Of a stretch of DNA of 64,000 nt, positions 30,479-42,079 are shown piece after piece. The translations under genes were made by a program, and so were the position numbers. This DNA comes from Blastocladiella emersonii ATCC 22665 (taxonomy: Eukaryota > Fungi > Blastocladiomycota). The notes under the pieces were generated by a model that saw nothing but the letters and a program-made list of their open reading frames with translations, ran no database searches and was not told where the DNA came from. Location of the stretch: contig JANHCV010000016.1 in NCBI GenBank assembly GCA_025594325.1, positions 124,001 to 188,000 of the forward strand, given 5' to 3'. Position 1 is the stretch's first letter. Each line of letters starts with the position of its first letter.

Positions 30479-32398
30479 GACGTTGCGGGCAGTTACATGA
30501 GGTTTGCGAGGCCCTGGCCGCGCGTGATCGTTGGGGGAAGGAGCGGCGGCCGATTCAAGAGGTTCGAGGAGCCACGTGGAGTGGCGCAACGCGTCTCGCA
30601 CCGTGTACGCCTGATTTCGCGACGCGTCTCGCACCCGCTCTCACGCGGACGTGCGTCTCCTGAAAGTCTTCTCGCGCCGCACTTGACGCGCTTCAGCTTC
30701 ACCGGACTGAGCCCCTGCGACGACATCCATCCTGAGTAGCCACCGAGTCGCCGTAGCCCGAGACTGCAAAGGAAACCCATGAACTAGAGAGGATAGAGAC
30801 ACGCGCATCACTTGCAGAGCCTAGACTTCCGATCCCTCCAGCACACCTTTGTCAACGACGGGATGCTCCGCCGCGACTCGCTGTTCGCCGCCTCCACGAC
30901 CTCGATCCGCGACCCGCCTGCACTCGCGCCGCCTCCTCCTGCATCGCCGCCCAAACGTTTCCGCACCGTCTCGTCGTCGACTTCTGCGCACCCGCAGACC
31001 ATTGCGCTCGGCGCCTTCCTCGCGGCCATCCGCGCGCAGGCCGAGCGCCACGGGCACTGGCTGATCCCGCGCGACCGCGTCGACCAGCTCGAGGCCGGCG
31101 CGCGCGCCACGGGCACGCTTGACGAGCTCGTCGACTCGGCGCGTGTACTGGAACTCGCGCAGTCGCTCGACCACGCCAGCGACGACGACGCGATGCGTCC
31201 TCCATCAACACCACCCGCTGAGACGGCCGAGTCGCCGCCCGTCGTTCGCCGTCGCAGCTCTCCCCGCGCGGCCAACGGTGACGGCGACGCGACGGACCGC
31301 GACTACTGGATCGAGCAGCTGCACGCGCGCGACGCCGCCATCCGCGTGCTCGAAGATCGCGTGCGCGCCCTCACGTCGTCCGAGGCCGAGGTGCGGCGGT
31401 CGCTCGCTGATGTCGAAGCCGCCCTCGCCGAGACCACGGCCGCCAAGTCGGTCCTCGCGCGCGACCTCGTCGCCGCCCGTCGCACACTGTCGGCGGTACA
31501 GGCCGAGCTCGCCGACGTGACGACCCAGCGCGACGTGCACGTCACGGCGGCGCGCGACCTCGAGGCGCAGCTGGGCCGCGTCCGTGCCGCGCACGGCGAG
31601 CTGCGGGCGCGGGCAGACGCGCTCGAGGGGCATCTCGACGCGGCGCTCGCGCGGAACGCGGAGCTCGAGGCCGACGCGGTGGCGCGTGGCGCGCGCGAGA
31701 CAGAGCTCGAGTCGCAGATCGCCGCGCTGGTCGCGGACCTGGCGGCCGCTCGCGACCACGCCGATCACTACTCGAGCGACGGCGTGTCCGGGTCGCTGTT
31801 TGCCGAAATGGACGTGACCGACGCGCACCACCAACCCATCGCCGAACACGAGCCCATCTCGCACCAGCCGTCGACCTTCTCGCTGCAGGCCGAGATCGTG
31901 CGCACGTCGGCGCCGACCTCGCCGCAGGAACTCGCGCCCGCGACGCGCCAGGTGCTCGCCGCCGTCGCTGCCCGCGTCGCCGACCGCCACGCCGCGCTCG
32001 GTCTCTCGGACGTGGACGCCGACCTGTTCCTCGGGTTTTTGTCAGATGCGGCGGGCATCACGTACTCGGACGTGGCCTCGGCGACCGCAGCGCGCGTCGC
32101 GGAAGAGACGGCCGCGGCCGACGAGGACGAGGCGCTGCTGCAGGCGTCGTCGTCTTTCCGGCGGACGCGCGAGCGGGATCCATCGGCCGAGCCGAGTCCG
32201 GGCAGGTTCCCGATCTCGCGACGCAGCCTGCAGGATCTGTTGTGCCCGCCCGCCAGCTCCGAGTCATCGTCATCCGCCCAGGAACCCGAGCAGCGGTCGC
32301 TGTGGCGCACCGCGGTCACGCTCGCCGCGCTCAACCTGCTGTGCCTCGTCGGCGCCCGCGTCGGCCGCCCTGCGCGGGAGGAAGAGCAGTCGTCTTTC
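30455..32398 (+). repeat. About 1.94-kb tract apparently identical to 6283-8226 (inverted) and, from 30620, to arm B (direct, offset 13221)
   Basis: Identical ORF sets; first mismatches at 30454 and 32399. Confidence 0.85.
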
Positions 32399-32563
32399 AT
32401 GGTCGCCGCACACAAGGCTGTGGTCCCGTTTCGCGGCACCATGTCGTTCCTCAACGGATGGGTCGCTGGTGCCGTGGCCACGGATCAAGATCGCGCGACG
32501 CTCATGGCCACGCCGGCCATGGAGATGGCCGCGGTCAAGGGCAAGTCTCGAGGACCGAACTGA
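30863..32563 (+). CDS. Coiled-coil membrane protein, copy C, with a diverged C-terminal tail
   Basis: Identical to copies A/B up to EEEQSSF, then diverged (ends KGKSRGPN). Confidence 0.75.
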   Translation: MLRRDSLFAASTTSIRDPPALAPPPPASPPKRFRTVSSSTSAHPQTIALGAFLAAIRAQAERHGHWLIPRDRVDQLEAGARATGTLDELVDSARVLELAQSLDHASDDDAMRPPSTPPAETAESPPVVRRRSSPRAANGDGDATDRDYWIEQLHARDAAIRVLEDRVRALTSSEAEVRRSLADVEAALAETTAAKSVLARDLVAARRTLSAVQAELADVTTQRDVHVTAARDLEAQLGRVRAAHGELRARADALEGHLDAALARNAELEADAVARGARETELESQIAALVADLAAARDHADHYSSDGVSGSLFAEMDVTDAHHQPIAEHEPISHQPSTFSLQAEIVRTSAPTSPQELAPATRQVLAAVAARVADRHAALGLSDVDADLFLGFLSDAAGITYSDVASATAARVAEETAAADEDEALLQASSSFRRTRERDPSAEPSPGRFPISRRSLQDLLCPPASSESSSSAQEPEQRSLWRTAVTLAALNLLCLVGARVGRPAREEEQSSFMVAAHKAVVPFRGTMSFLNGWVAGAVATDQDRATLMATPAMEMAAVKGKSRGPN

Positions 32564-32652
32564 TTAGACACTATAGATACAAAACCGTTTGACTGATTCA
32601 TAAACAACTCTGAGGCGCAAGTACTCAACCTCACTCGGCACACTCCCACCAA

Positions 32653-34277
32653 CTACTGTACACGGTGCTCGGGGCGGTGCTCGAACTCGTAATCCACATG
32701 CACGAACGCGCGCTCGACGTTGGGCAGCGACTCGAGCTTGATCTGCAGCGTCTCGCCGATATCGTGCGACTCGCGCAGAGTCATGTCGGGCGGGAGCACA
32801 ATGTCGACCTCGACGAACATGTTGTTCCCGAGCCAATACGCGCGGCACGACTCGATCTGAAGCACGCTCGGGTGGTGCGTCGCGGCCAGGTACGTGATCT
32901 TGTTCAGGACGGCGGGCGGGGCTGATCGGCCGATGATCAGTTGGACGTTTTCTGTGGGGTGCGCAAGGAGGTGTGAGTGATGATGGCCATGGTTGACTCG
33001 TGTTGAGTCGCGGCGTACCCCATGCAGTCACGGCCCACGACCGCAGGATGAGCAGGCCGATGCCGATACCGCCGGCGGGATCGAGCCACCACAGGAGCTT
33101 GACGCCTACGTCGACGGGATTGTCAGTCCGCGGCCAACTGTGTCGTGATCTCGAGTACGGGTACCCAGCAGCGACATGGCGAGCCCGAACGAGTTGAGGA
33201 CCAGGTCGTTGCGGTGGTCGGCGGCGAGCGCGCGAGTCGCGTTGTACTGGCTGTACTTGTTGCAGTACACGAACAGGCAAAACTTGGAAACTAGTCAATG
33301 AGAGTCAGTTGCCGCCCACGGAATCGCGTCGTCAAAAGCGTACCAAGGGCCAACGAGATCAGCAGGATCTCCTTGAGCTCGACGATGGCCGGCTCCTGCT
33401 TGCCGGCTGTGAGGGTGCGAATGGCCTCGATCTAGATTCGAGAGCGCGACCGTCAACTCGCGGCGACAGGAACATGCGACGTCCAAACGTACCACGATCT
33501 GAATCGCAACCGTCGACATGAGGCACGCGAACACGATGACGCCGATCGTCTCAAACCGCTTCTTGCCAGTCGGGTAGTCAAGCACGTTGTAGCGCTTGGC
33601 GGCGCGGTCGGCGAGGAGGAGCACGGCCTACGCGCGAGTCCGCGTTAGACGACGAGCGCTGAGCGATCACCGAGTCGGGAGCACGTACACCGGAGAGCAG
33701 GTCCATGAACGAGTCGGTGGCCGTGGCGAGAAGGGCCATGGATCCCGATGAGGTCGCCGCAATCGCTTGGCAGCTAGAGGTATTCGAACCAGTGAGCAAC
33801 GTCGTACGACCGCTCCGTATGCTTGACGTACATGAAGAGAAGCACATTGACACCCAGACTCGCGCGCACCGCGAGCGTGACCTTGGCGTCATCGCCGCTT
33901 GAGTCTGAGCGCGTTGAGACGGGCGTGAGGTAATCGTCAATCATCTCGTTCTGCTCCTCGTAGAAGCGTGCGACGCGCGACGACGACGACCCGTTGCGGC
34001 GCAGCTGCTCGAGCTCCTCGGGCGACTTCTTGGACGAGGTGAGGCGGTGCGTGAGGCCGGCCGACAGCCACGGGTGCTGCGGCTCGGGGAACAGCGGCGC
34101 GTGCGGGTGCGCAGCCGTCAGTGACTCGACGTCCACGTTGCCCTCGGCCGAGGGAGCGAGCGACGGGGTGGAGTTGGGGAGCAGGTCGAGGGTGGCGTTC
34201 GAGTGGGCGCTGGGCGAGCGGAGGTCGGCCTCGGAGGCGGAGCCAGCCGCGGGAGCGGTGATGACCCGCGTAGTCAT
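32653..34277 (-). CDS. Cation diffusion facilitator, Mn-CDF/MTP8-like; about 7 exons
   Basis: Spliced reading gives DSFMD (TM2), DHRND (TM5), [16 protein letters not shown] and C-terminal [30 protein letters not shown]; six short GT-AG introns. Confidence 0.9.
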
Positions 34278-35017
34278 GGCGAGGAGGTGGGTGTGAATGA
34301 ACAGCGTCTCGTCGCGATGTTGCTGGAAGAGAGCGGGAGCGCGGTGTGGATTCTGTTGGGGGTTTTGAAGCGCGAGCGGATGGGCGTCTGGCGAAGCAGC
34401 GAGCGCTCCACGTTTGCCGCGCGCTGTGCGGACCAGGACGGAAGGTCACGTCATGGCCGGAGGGGCCGGGATGGGCCCTGCCAAAGCTATCGTCCGTCCG
34501 CGTCGTGCTACGACGGACGTGTGGTTACCTGTGGTTCTTACGCTCAAACAGTATGAGCGTCGCGTCGCGTCGGATCGCTCGTTGCTGCGCCACCATGGCT
34601 GATCGCGTCGACGTCCCGAAGGCACGGAGAACAGGCCTCGGATCGGCGTGGCGGCGCGCGCTCGAAGCTATCGATGGCCATCAGATAAGCTAAGCCGCGA
34701 CCGACCGACCGCGAGCTCGCCGCGACCTCATGGTCGGTCGACGCGGCCGCTGGGCCCGCTTTGCTCTGACCTCACGCCATGTCTCAACTGCGGAGCGTTC
34801 GTGCGCAAGATGCAGCAATGCAGCGATGGCCATGGTGCTCTCTCGCCGGCGGCAGGTTCATGCTCAGTTTGGCCATCGCTCCAGCCATTACAAGCCGCTG
34901 GCGGCCAAGTCGCACACGAGTGCTGGATGTAGAGTAGAAGCGATTGATTTCCACGTTCCCAAACAAAAATGATCAAAAAAGGAGGGGGCTGCACTGCTTG
35001 ACAAACCAGCAGCCCGT

Positions 35018-36568
35018 CTACGCGTCATCGTCACCGTCATCGAGGTGCGCGATCTGGACGAGCTCCTGGATCGTCTCCTCGTACACGTCGCGGAGTACGG
35101 TCCAGTAGCTGAGCTTGAGGGAGAGGTTGGTGACCGTCTCGGAGAACTCGCGCGAGTTGCCCGCGCCGACGTGGGTCTGGAGGAGTTTCTTGAGGTGGTG
35201 GACGTGCACCTTGTAGGCGTCGAGCTCGATCTCGAGGTCGTTGGTCGACCCGCGCGCGCGGTAGTCGGACCGGCGGCGGACCGCCTTGGCCGCCTTCTCG
35301 AGGTCGTCGGCCTTGGCCCGCAGGCTCGCGAGCTCGTCCTCGAGCCGCTTGCGGTGCGCGTCCGCGTCGCGCGCCGTGCGCTCCGCGTCGATCAGCTGCA
35401 TCGTGAACTGCTCGCGCTCCTTGGCCAGCTGGTCCGCAAACGCCTTGTTGAGCGCCTTGATCTGCGACGGCGGCGGCGGCGCCGACGTGTCGATGGCGTC
35501 GTTGGCGGGGGTGCCCGACGACGCAGCGGGACTCGCGGGGAGCTCGATGTTGGACGGCGACAGCGTGCGCTGGGCGAGGTTCTCCTCGAGCTGGCCCTGG
35601 CGCGCGTCGGCCGTGGCCTTGGCGACCTGGGCCTTGAGCAGGTCGTTCTCGCCCTCGAGGGCCTCGACGCGGGCGTTGGCGCGGCGCAGGTCCTGCTCGA
35701 GGTCAACGAACCGCTCGAGGTCGCGGTGCAGGCGGGCAATCTCGTCCTCGCGGTCGAGCACCGTTTCCTGGGTGTCGAGCAGCTGGGTCTGGGCGCGGGC
35801 GAGCTCGGCGTCGCGCGACCGGACGTCCGAGCGGAGCTGGTCGACGTCCGTCTCGAGGTCGGCGATGCGCTCGTACTTGGCCTCGTTGTCCTGGTGCGCC
35901 TGCTCGAAGAGCATCTCGAAGTGGCGCAGCTGCTCCTCGAGGGCGCGCGTGCGGCGGTGGCCGTCCTCGACGTCGCGCGTCAGCTCGCCGACCTTGCGCT
36001 TGTACTCGGCGACCGAGTCGCGCAGCGCCACGTTGTCCTTGCGCAGCACCACGAGCTCGGCCGTGGCCGGCGGCGTCGGCAGCGGCGGCGCCTGGCCCTG
36101 CGACAGCGCCAGCGACAGCGGCGTCTCGATGATGACCGACGCAATCTTCTGCTGGCGAATCGAGTGGTAGAGCGCATCGATGTCGTCGTCGGCCAGCTCC
36201 GCGTCGAGCTCCGGGTGCGCGGGCGCCGTCATGGGCGGCGCGCTCGGCGTGCGCGACGTCGGCGGCGGGCCCGACGGTGGGAGCCCACCGCGCGGGGAGG
36301 GCGGGAGCTGCGGCAGGCCACCGCGGGGTGCGGGCGACGGCGTGTGCTTGGTGGTGGGGACCGGGCCCGAGGAGGTCGGCACGCCCATGGTCGAGGCGTA
36401 GTCGTCGAGGTCCGAGTCCATGTCGTAGTCGCCCATCTGCTCGTGCAGCGCCATCATCTGCAGGTGCAGGCGGTCCACGTCGCTCATGGACGTGGGCGAG
36501 GCCAGCGGCGAGAGCCCCGTGTACGAGTGCGTCGACGGCTTGGGCTGCGGGTGCTGCAGCGACGACAT
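35018..36568 (-). CDS. Coiled-coil protein with Pro-rich N-terminus, function unknown
   Basis: ATG at 36568; long heptad repeats; host codon usage. Confidence 0.75.
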   Translation of the reverse strand: MSSLQHPQPKPSTHSYTGLSPLASPTSMSDVDRLHLQMMALHEQMGDYDMDSDLDDYASTMGVPTSSGPVPTTKHTPSPAPRGGLPQLPPSPRGGLPPSGPPPTSRTPSAPPMTAPAHPELDAELADDDIDALYHSIRQQKIASVIIETPLSLALSQGQAPPLPTPPATAELVVLRKDNVALRDSVAEYKRKVGELTRDVEDGHRRTRALEEQLRHFEMLFEQAHQDNEAKYERIADLETDVDQLRSDVRSRDAELARAQTQLLDTQETVLDREDEIARLHRDLERFVDLEQDLRRANARVEALEGENDLLKAQVAKATADARQGQLEENLAQRTLSPSNIELPASPAASSGTPANDAIDTSAPPPPSQIKALNKAFADQLAKEREQFTMQLIDAERTARDADAHRKRLEDELASLRAKADDLEKAAKAVRRRSDYRARGSTNDLEIELDAYKVHVHHLKKLLQTHVGAGNSREFSETVTNLSLKLSYWTVLRDVYEETIQELVQIAHLDDGDDDA

Positions 36569-36865
36569 GGTGGTTGGTGCGGGGGAGGTGATGGGGCTGC
36601 TGATGTCTGTCGTCTGTCTCCGCGGTCCGGCACGGGCAGATGCTGCTATGCTACGTTGCACGCTCTCTATGTCGTATGCGTGGAGGATGTGTGCGGAGAG
36701 CGGGAGCAGAGGGCGAGGCCTCTTGCTTGGGGAGGGGCCGCCGTATGAGCATCGACGCCACCACGCCACCCTTTGCGCCACGCGCGCTCGCCTGCTTGCA
36801 CACGTCGTCGGCACAGCGAGCTCAAAGCTCGAGCCTTGCCCTTGCACCCTCCCCTCTCCGCCACC

Positions 36866-38506
36866 ATGTGCGGGATCGCACTCCACGCATGCCACTCCCA
36901 TGAACACTCCTCCCACAACCCCGCCGAGCAAGCGGCGTACCTCGCGCGGCGCGGGCCGGACCACCAGGGCTCCGTGACGCTCGACCTCGGCGGCTCGCTT
37001 CACGCGACGCTGTCCGCGTCGGTCCTGCACCTGCGCGGCGCCACGACGCACGCGCAGCCCGTAGTCCTCCCTTCGGGCAGCGTGCTGTGCTGGAACGGCC
37101 AGGTGTACCGCGGGCACGGCGTCGAGGACGCGCCGCACGCGAGCGACACGGCGCTACTCGCGCGGCTCGTGGGCGAGCTCGAGGCGGCGCACCCGGAAGA
37201 CGATCCCGCGGCGTTTGGCAAGGGTCTCGTTGCGCTGTTCGAGTCGCTCGAGGCCGAGTTTGCGCTCGTCCTCGTGCAGCCGCGCGAGCGCCGCGCGTGG
37301 TTCGGCCGCGACGTGTTTGGCCGGCGCTCGCTGCTCGTTCGCGCCACGGCTACCGCCCTCGACGTGGCGTCCGTGTACTTGCCGGGCGGCGCCGAGGTCG
37401 CGGCCGACGGGCTGTACACGGCGGACCTCGCGGCGGGCGACGTCGCGGCGTCGGTGCAGCGGATCCCGTGGACCATGCCCCTGACACAGCTCAACGACGA
37501 TCTCGACGAGCGGCACGCCGTCGACCTGTCCCTACCGGGCTGCGGCGACGTGACCGCGTTGCCGGCCGAGCGCGATCTGCCAGCGGCGCACCTCGCGGCG
37601 CTCGACGAGATGCACGCGCTCCTGTCCGCGTCGGTCCGTGCGCGCGTCCTCGCGACCCCGCCGCCCACGGGAACCAGCGACGACGCGGGATCGATCGCGC
37701 TCCTGTTCTCGGGCGGGATCGACTGCTCGCTCCTCGCCGCGCTAGCGCACACGCACCTGCCCGCGGCACAGCCCATCGACCTCGTCAACGTGGCGTTCGA
37801 GAACCCGCGCGTGCAGCACCACGGGACGCAGGCCGGCGACACGTACGACGTGCCGGACCGCGGGACCGCGCGGACACGGATCGCCGAGCTGCGCGCCGCG
37901 TTCCCTTCCCGGACGTGGCGGCTGGTCGAGGCCAACGTGCCCTACCCCGAAACGGTCGCGTGGACGTCCCGCGTCGCGTCGCTCATGGCGCCCGCGACGA
38001 GCGAGATGGACTTGTCGATCGCGCGCGCCTTCTGGTTCGCTGCGCGGGGCACTCCGCCCGCGGCGCGCGTGCTCCTTTCGGGTCTGGGCGCCGACGAGCA
38101 GCTGGGCGGGTACGCGCGGCACCGGGCCGCGTGGGAGAAGCGCGGGTGGGCCGGGCTGTGCGGCGAGCTGGCGCTGGACGTGGGCCGGATCGCGACGCGC
38201 AACCTCGGGCGCGACGACCGCGTCGTCGCCGACCACGGGCGCGAGGTCCGGTTCCCGTTCCTCGACACCCGGCTCGTCGCGTTCCTCGCGCGCACGCCCG
38301 TCGCGGTCAAGTGCGACCCGCGGCGCGCGCGCGGCGTGGGCGATAAGATCCTGCTGCGGCTGCTCGCGCGCCGTGTTGGGCTCCACGGCGCGGCCGCCGA
38401 GGAGAAGCGCGCGATCCAGTTTGGCGCGCGGTCGGCCAAGCTCACGGTCGGGTCCGGCAGGGTGACGGGGACCATGGCCGCGGTCGTTGCGACGGCCGAG
38501 ACGTAA
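36866..38506 (+). CDS. ASNSD1: Asparagine synthetase domain-containing protein (ASNSD1/YML096W-like)
   Basis: N-terminal MCGI, RRGPD, WNGQVY, RDVFGRRSL, LFSGGIDC, SGLGADEQLGGY, RNLGRDDR, KRAIQFG. Confidence 0.9.
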   Translation: MCGIALHACHSHEHSSHNPAEQAAYLARRGPDHQGSVTLDLGGSLHATLSASVLHLRGATTHAQPVVLPSGSVLCWNGQVYRGHGVEDAPHASDTALLARLVGELEAAHPEDDPAAFGKGLVALFESLEAEFALVLVQPRERRAWFGRDVFGRRSLLVRATATALDVASVYLPGGAEVAADGLYTADLAAGDVAASVQRIPWTMPLTQLNDDLDERHAVDLSLPGCGDVTALPAERDLPAAHLAALDEMHALLSASVRARVLATPPPTGTSDDAGSIALLFSGGIDCSLLAALAHTHLPAAQPIDLVNVAFENPRVQHHGTQAGDTYDVPDRGTARTRIAELRAAFPSRTWRLVEANVPYPETVAWTSRVASLMAPATSEMDLSIARAFWFAARGTPPAARVLLSGLGADEQLGGYARHRAAWEKRGWAGLCGELALDVGRIATRNLGRDDRVVADHGREVRFPFLDTRLVAFLARTPVAVKCDPRRARGVGDKILLRLLARRVGLHGAAAEEKRAIQFGARSAKLTVGSGRVTGTMAAVVATAET

Positions 38507-38693
38507 TTAAATTGTAATACACGCTTGCGGTTAGGCATCCGAATGATCGCCATTGCGTCAGCTGACGCCAGCGCCACTACACCCAAAGCTTCAGCGCTCG
38601 CTGATCCTGCCCCACTGCTCCCCCTCACTGCAACGTATCACACCCTGGGTCGAGCAAGCGCCTCCCCAACCCGCTGCAACCACCACCACCACC

Positions 38694-39149
38694 ATGGCGA
38701 CGCTGATCCAGAACGCGCTCAAGCACCTGAAGCTGCCGCTGACGCGGAGCACGCCCAAGAACCTGTACGAGGTGCTGGCGCGGCAGCCGCTGGACGGCGT
38801 GGGCGCGATCGTGCGCCCCGTGCGCTACTCGAAGCGCAACTACCCGTCGGGCTCCTTCTTCAAGATCGTCTACACGCGGCTCGACCTCGCCAAGTCGACG
38901 CGGTCCAAGGCGTGGGCGTACGAGTACTGGAACGGCAAGCTCGTCGGCACCGCTAAGCCCCTGCGTATCCGCAACGGGCTCAAGGAGGAGTGGGAGGTCG
39001 TCCACCACGCGAGCCCCGGGTCGTTCCACACCCCGAGCAAGCTCACCGCCGTCGCCCGCGCGATCCGCGGCGAGTCGGGTGCGGCTGCTGCCGCGGAGAA
39101 GGTGCCCGAGGCCGCTACCGCCGCTCCCGCTAAGTCGGCGTCTGCGTAA
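38694..39149 (+). CDS. Probable mitochondrial ribosomal protein mS34
   Basis: KNLYEVL...GVG...SFFKI...KAWAYEYWNG pattern recalled for the MRP-S34 family; not searched. Confidence 0.6.
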   Translation: MATLIQNALKHLKLPLTRSTPKNLYEVLARQPLDGVGAIVRPVRYSKRNYPSGSFFKIVYTRLDLAKSTRSKAWAYEYWNGKLVGTAKPLRIRNGLKEEWEVVHHASPGSFHTPSKLTAVARAIRGESGAAAAAEKVPEAATAAPAKSASA

Positions 39150-39191
39150 TGAAACTGTTGGATACGATATAGTCTTTACTTACTTCCCCAT

Positions 39192-39954
39192 TCACTCGAC
39201 CACCGGCGCCGGCTCGATGCGCAGCTCGCGGCGCACCGCGTCGAGGTCCTCGCCCACGAGCTCCTCGTAGTACACGTTCATGAGCGGGCGCGCCTGCATC
39301 CCGGTACTCAGCGCCCACGGCACGTACGTCTTGACAAGCCGCTCGCGCTCCGCAGGCGCGAGCTTGAGCGGGCCCGCCGTCAGCGCCGCGAGCGCCGTCA
39401 TCGGCAAGCCCGTCTGGACGTACTCGAGCACCTTGAGCGCGAGCTCGCCCTCGACCGTCGGCGGCAGGCCCGTCAGCGTGTGCCAGAAATCGTGCACCTG
39501 TCGGTACCGCAGCATCACGTACGCGAGCTCGGCGTCGTCCACGAAGTGTACGGGGGTGCGGCCGTCCGGGTCGTACCCGTGCACCGCCATGAAACCGTGG
39601 TAGTACGCGCCGCCAAAGGTCGCGGGCGCGAGCGAGGACAGGGACTCGAGCGTCGCGTTCGTGATGGTTGGCCGGTCGCGCAGGATCCGCCGGCCCGTCC
39701 GGTCGTTGAGCATCCCGCGCCGGATTTGGCGGAGGGCGGGTGTGCCAAGCGTCTCGCCCACGGCCGCGACCATGTCTAGTGGTGAGGGTGGATCAGTGGT
39801 CGATGGTGGGTGGAGGCAGGCGAAGGTTGTTGCTGCCACACGCACCGCCGCGCGTCGGGTCGTGCAGCGCCTTGAGGCCACACGCCACGGTCAGGAACGC
39901 CTTCTCGAGGGCCGACGTCGGGATGTGTGAGCCGTAGAGCTTGGGCGCGTTCAT
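39192..39954 (-). CDS. COQ4: Ubiquinone biosynthesis protein Coq4; one intron near 39777-39845
   Basis: DPTRGDMVAAVGET, RYRQVHDFWHTL (HDxxH), GELALKVLEYVQTGLPM. Confidence 0.92.
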
Positions 39955-40113
39955 TGCATCAAGTTTCGTGAGGGGCGACCGAGGAGCCCGTTGATCGGAA
40001 GAGAGCGCGGGGAGGTCGGCGACGCGACTCGCCGTGTTGATCGCTCCCCTCTCCCCTCCTCACTCGCCTCGATGATGATGATAAACACATGTATACAACG
40101 ACATCCTTGCTTC

Positions 40114-41921
40114 TCAAACAGCGACGCCCGCGCCCTGCTGCAGCGCGGCCTCGACGGGCCGCAGGCGCACCTCGACGCGGCGCGGGATGGCCGTGACGGC
40201 GTACCGCTTCTTCATCTCCTCGCGCTGCGTGACGGGCTCCACGTCGTACTTGAGGAAGACGCGCGCGAGCATGGTCTGGACCGCGAGCACCGCGAACTGG
40301 CGCCCGATGCACACGCGCGCGCCGACGAGGAACGGCACGTACGCCATGGGCGGCACCTCCTTCTTCACCCCACCCTCGAGAAGCACCTGGCCCGGGTGCG
40401 TCTCGGTATCCTCGGCGCCGGGCTCGAACAGCGCGAGGCGGTCCCACCGCGCGGGCTTGAACTCGTCGGCGTCGTTCCCCCAGATCGCCGGGTCGCGGTG
40501 CAGCGCGGCAATCGCGAGGACCAGACGCTGGCCGCGCGCGACGTGCACGGTGCGGCCCGAGTCGCACGGCAGGTCCGCGGCCTCGGTCGCCTTGCGCGAC
40601 GAGATGGGCGCTGGGGCGTGCAGCCGCAGCGTCTCGCGGATCACGGCGTTGAGGACGGGCAGCGTCGCGAGCGTGCTGGCGTCATCGACGGGGTCGAACC
40701 CGTTCGGGAACGCGGCGCCGAGCTCGGCGCGCAGCGCGGACTGCAGTGCGGGCTGCTGCGAGACCTCCCACACGGCGAGCGAGAAGACGGTGGCCGTCGT
40801 GTCCTGGCCGGCGAGGAGGAACGTCTTGAGCTCGTCGCGGACCTCGGCCGCCGATAAACGCGGGACGGGCTCGGTCGCGGCCTCGGGGACGCCCGCCTCG
40901 GCGTGCGCGCGCAGCTCCGCGTACAGCGTCTTGACGAGCGACGGGCCGGGCAGCAGCGCGCCCGTGGTGTCGCCGCCCTGCTCGAGCGCGGCCACCACGC
41001 GGTCGACCTGCGCCGTCACGGCGCGCTGGGCCGCGTCGAACTCGCGGTTCGCGGCCACGGGCAGGTGGCGGAGAAGCGGGAACAGGTTGGACAGGCGCGC
41101 GAACAGGTCCGAGCGGAACGGCAGGTCCATGGCCTTGGTCGCGGCGTACAGCGGCGACGCACGGGCCGGGTTGAGCGCGTCAAAGTCGGTCGACAGGACT
41201 ACGAGGTTGGGTTAGCGATCAGCTGTCGGATCGCTAGTACGAGTGAGACCGTACTCGCGCGACCAACGACGTTGAGCGTGATAGCCGGCGCGACGACCGC
41301 AAGGTCCACGATGGCCTCGCCGCCGCCCGCCTCCGCGACACGCGGGTCGACAACGACCGTAAAGAACTCGCCCATAGCGCGGTCGACGACAGGCACGAGC
41401 TCGCGGAGATGTTTCGCGTTGAACACGGGGTTGAGGACGCGGCGGTGGACCCGGTGCGCGTCGGGGTCCTCGAGGACGAGCAGGCCGCGCGGGCCCGTGA
41501 CGCGGGCGAGCCGGGCGCGCGACTCGTCGCTGTGCGGGAACGCGCGCCCGTGCGAGACCAGGATCGTGCGCAGTGCGCGGCGGTCGGCCACCCACAGGAC
41601 CGGCTGCGCCAGCAGGCTGCACGAGACCCAGACGGCGCCGTACGTCCGGTGCGCGCGCGTCATCCACGCGACCAGGTCGCCCGCGGCCGCAATGGCGCTG
41701 ACGTGGCCGAAGAGGACGTCGCTGAGTGTCGCGAGCGGCGGACCGCTCAGGCCCTCCGCGAGGAGCGCGCGGCGCCGGCGCAGGTTGCGCAGCAGTGCGA
41801 GACCGCCGCGCAACAGCAGCCACGCGACGGCGGCTGCGGCCGTGGTTGCGGCGAGGGCGGCGGGGGTGGGGCGGGCAGCAGCGGGCCCGGCGAGTAGCTT
41901 CATGGTGCTGAGGACGGGCAT
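40114..41921 (-). CDS. Cytochrome P450; exons 41255-41921 and 40114-41198
   Basis: LLAGQDTT (I helix), ETLR (ExxR), PARW, FLVGARVCIG heme motif; intron 41199-41254. Confidence 0.93.
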
Positions 41922-42079
41922 GGTGCCGCGATGCGGGAGCTGAGAGGGAGGGAGGGCGGGGGAGCGGGGCCCTTTTGTACCGCGGAACGCGTGGAACGGT
42001 GACCAACGCGAAAACGCGTGCGAGCTGATCGACGCGAGGCAGCAGGGAATCACGCACAGGAAGCCAATGTATTAGAAAA

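Noticed and set aside
36640-36903. uORF before ASNSD1 as an ASDURF equivalent
   Set aside because: No prefoldin-like coiled coil; it overlaps the short divergent promoter.
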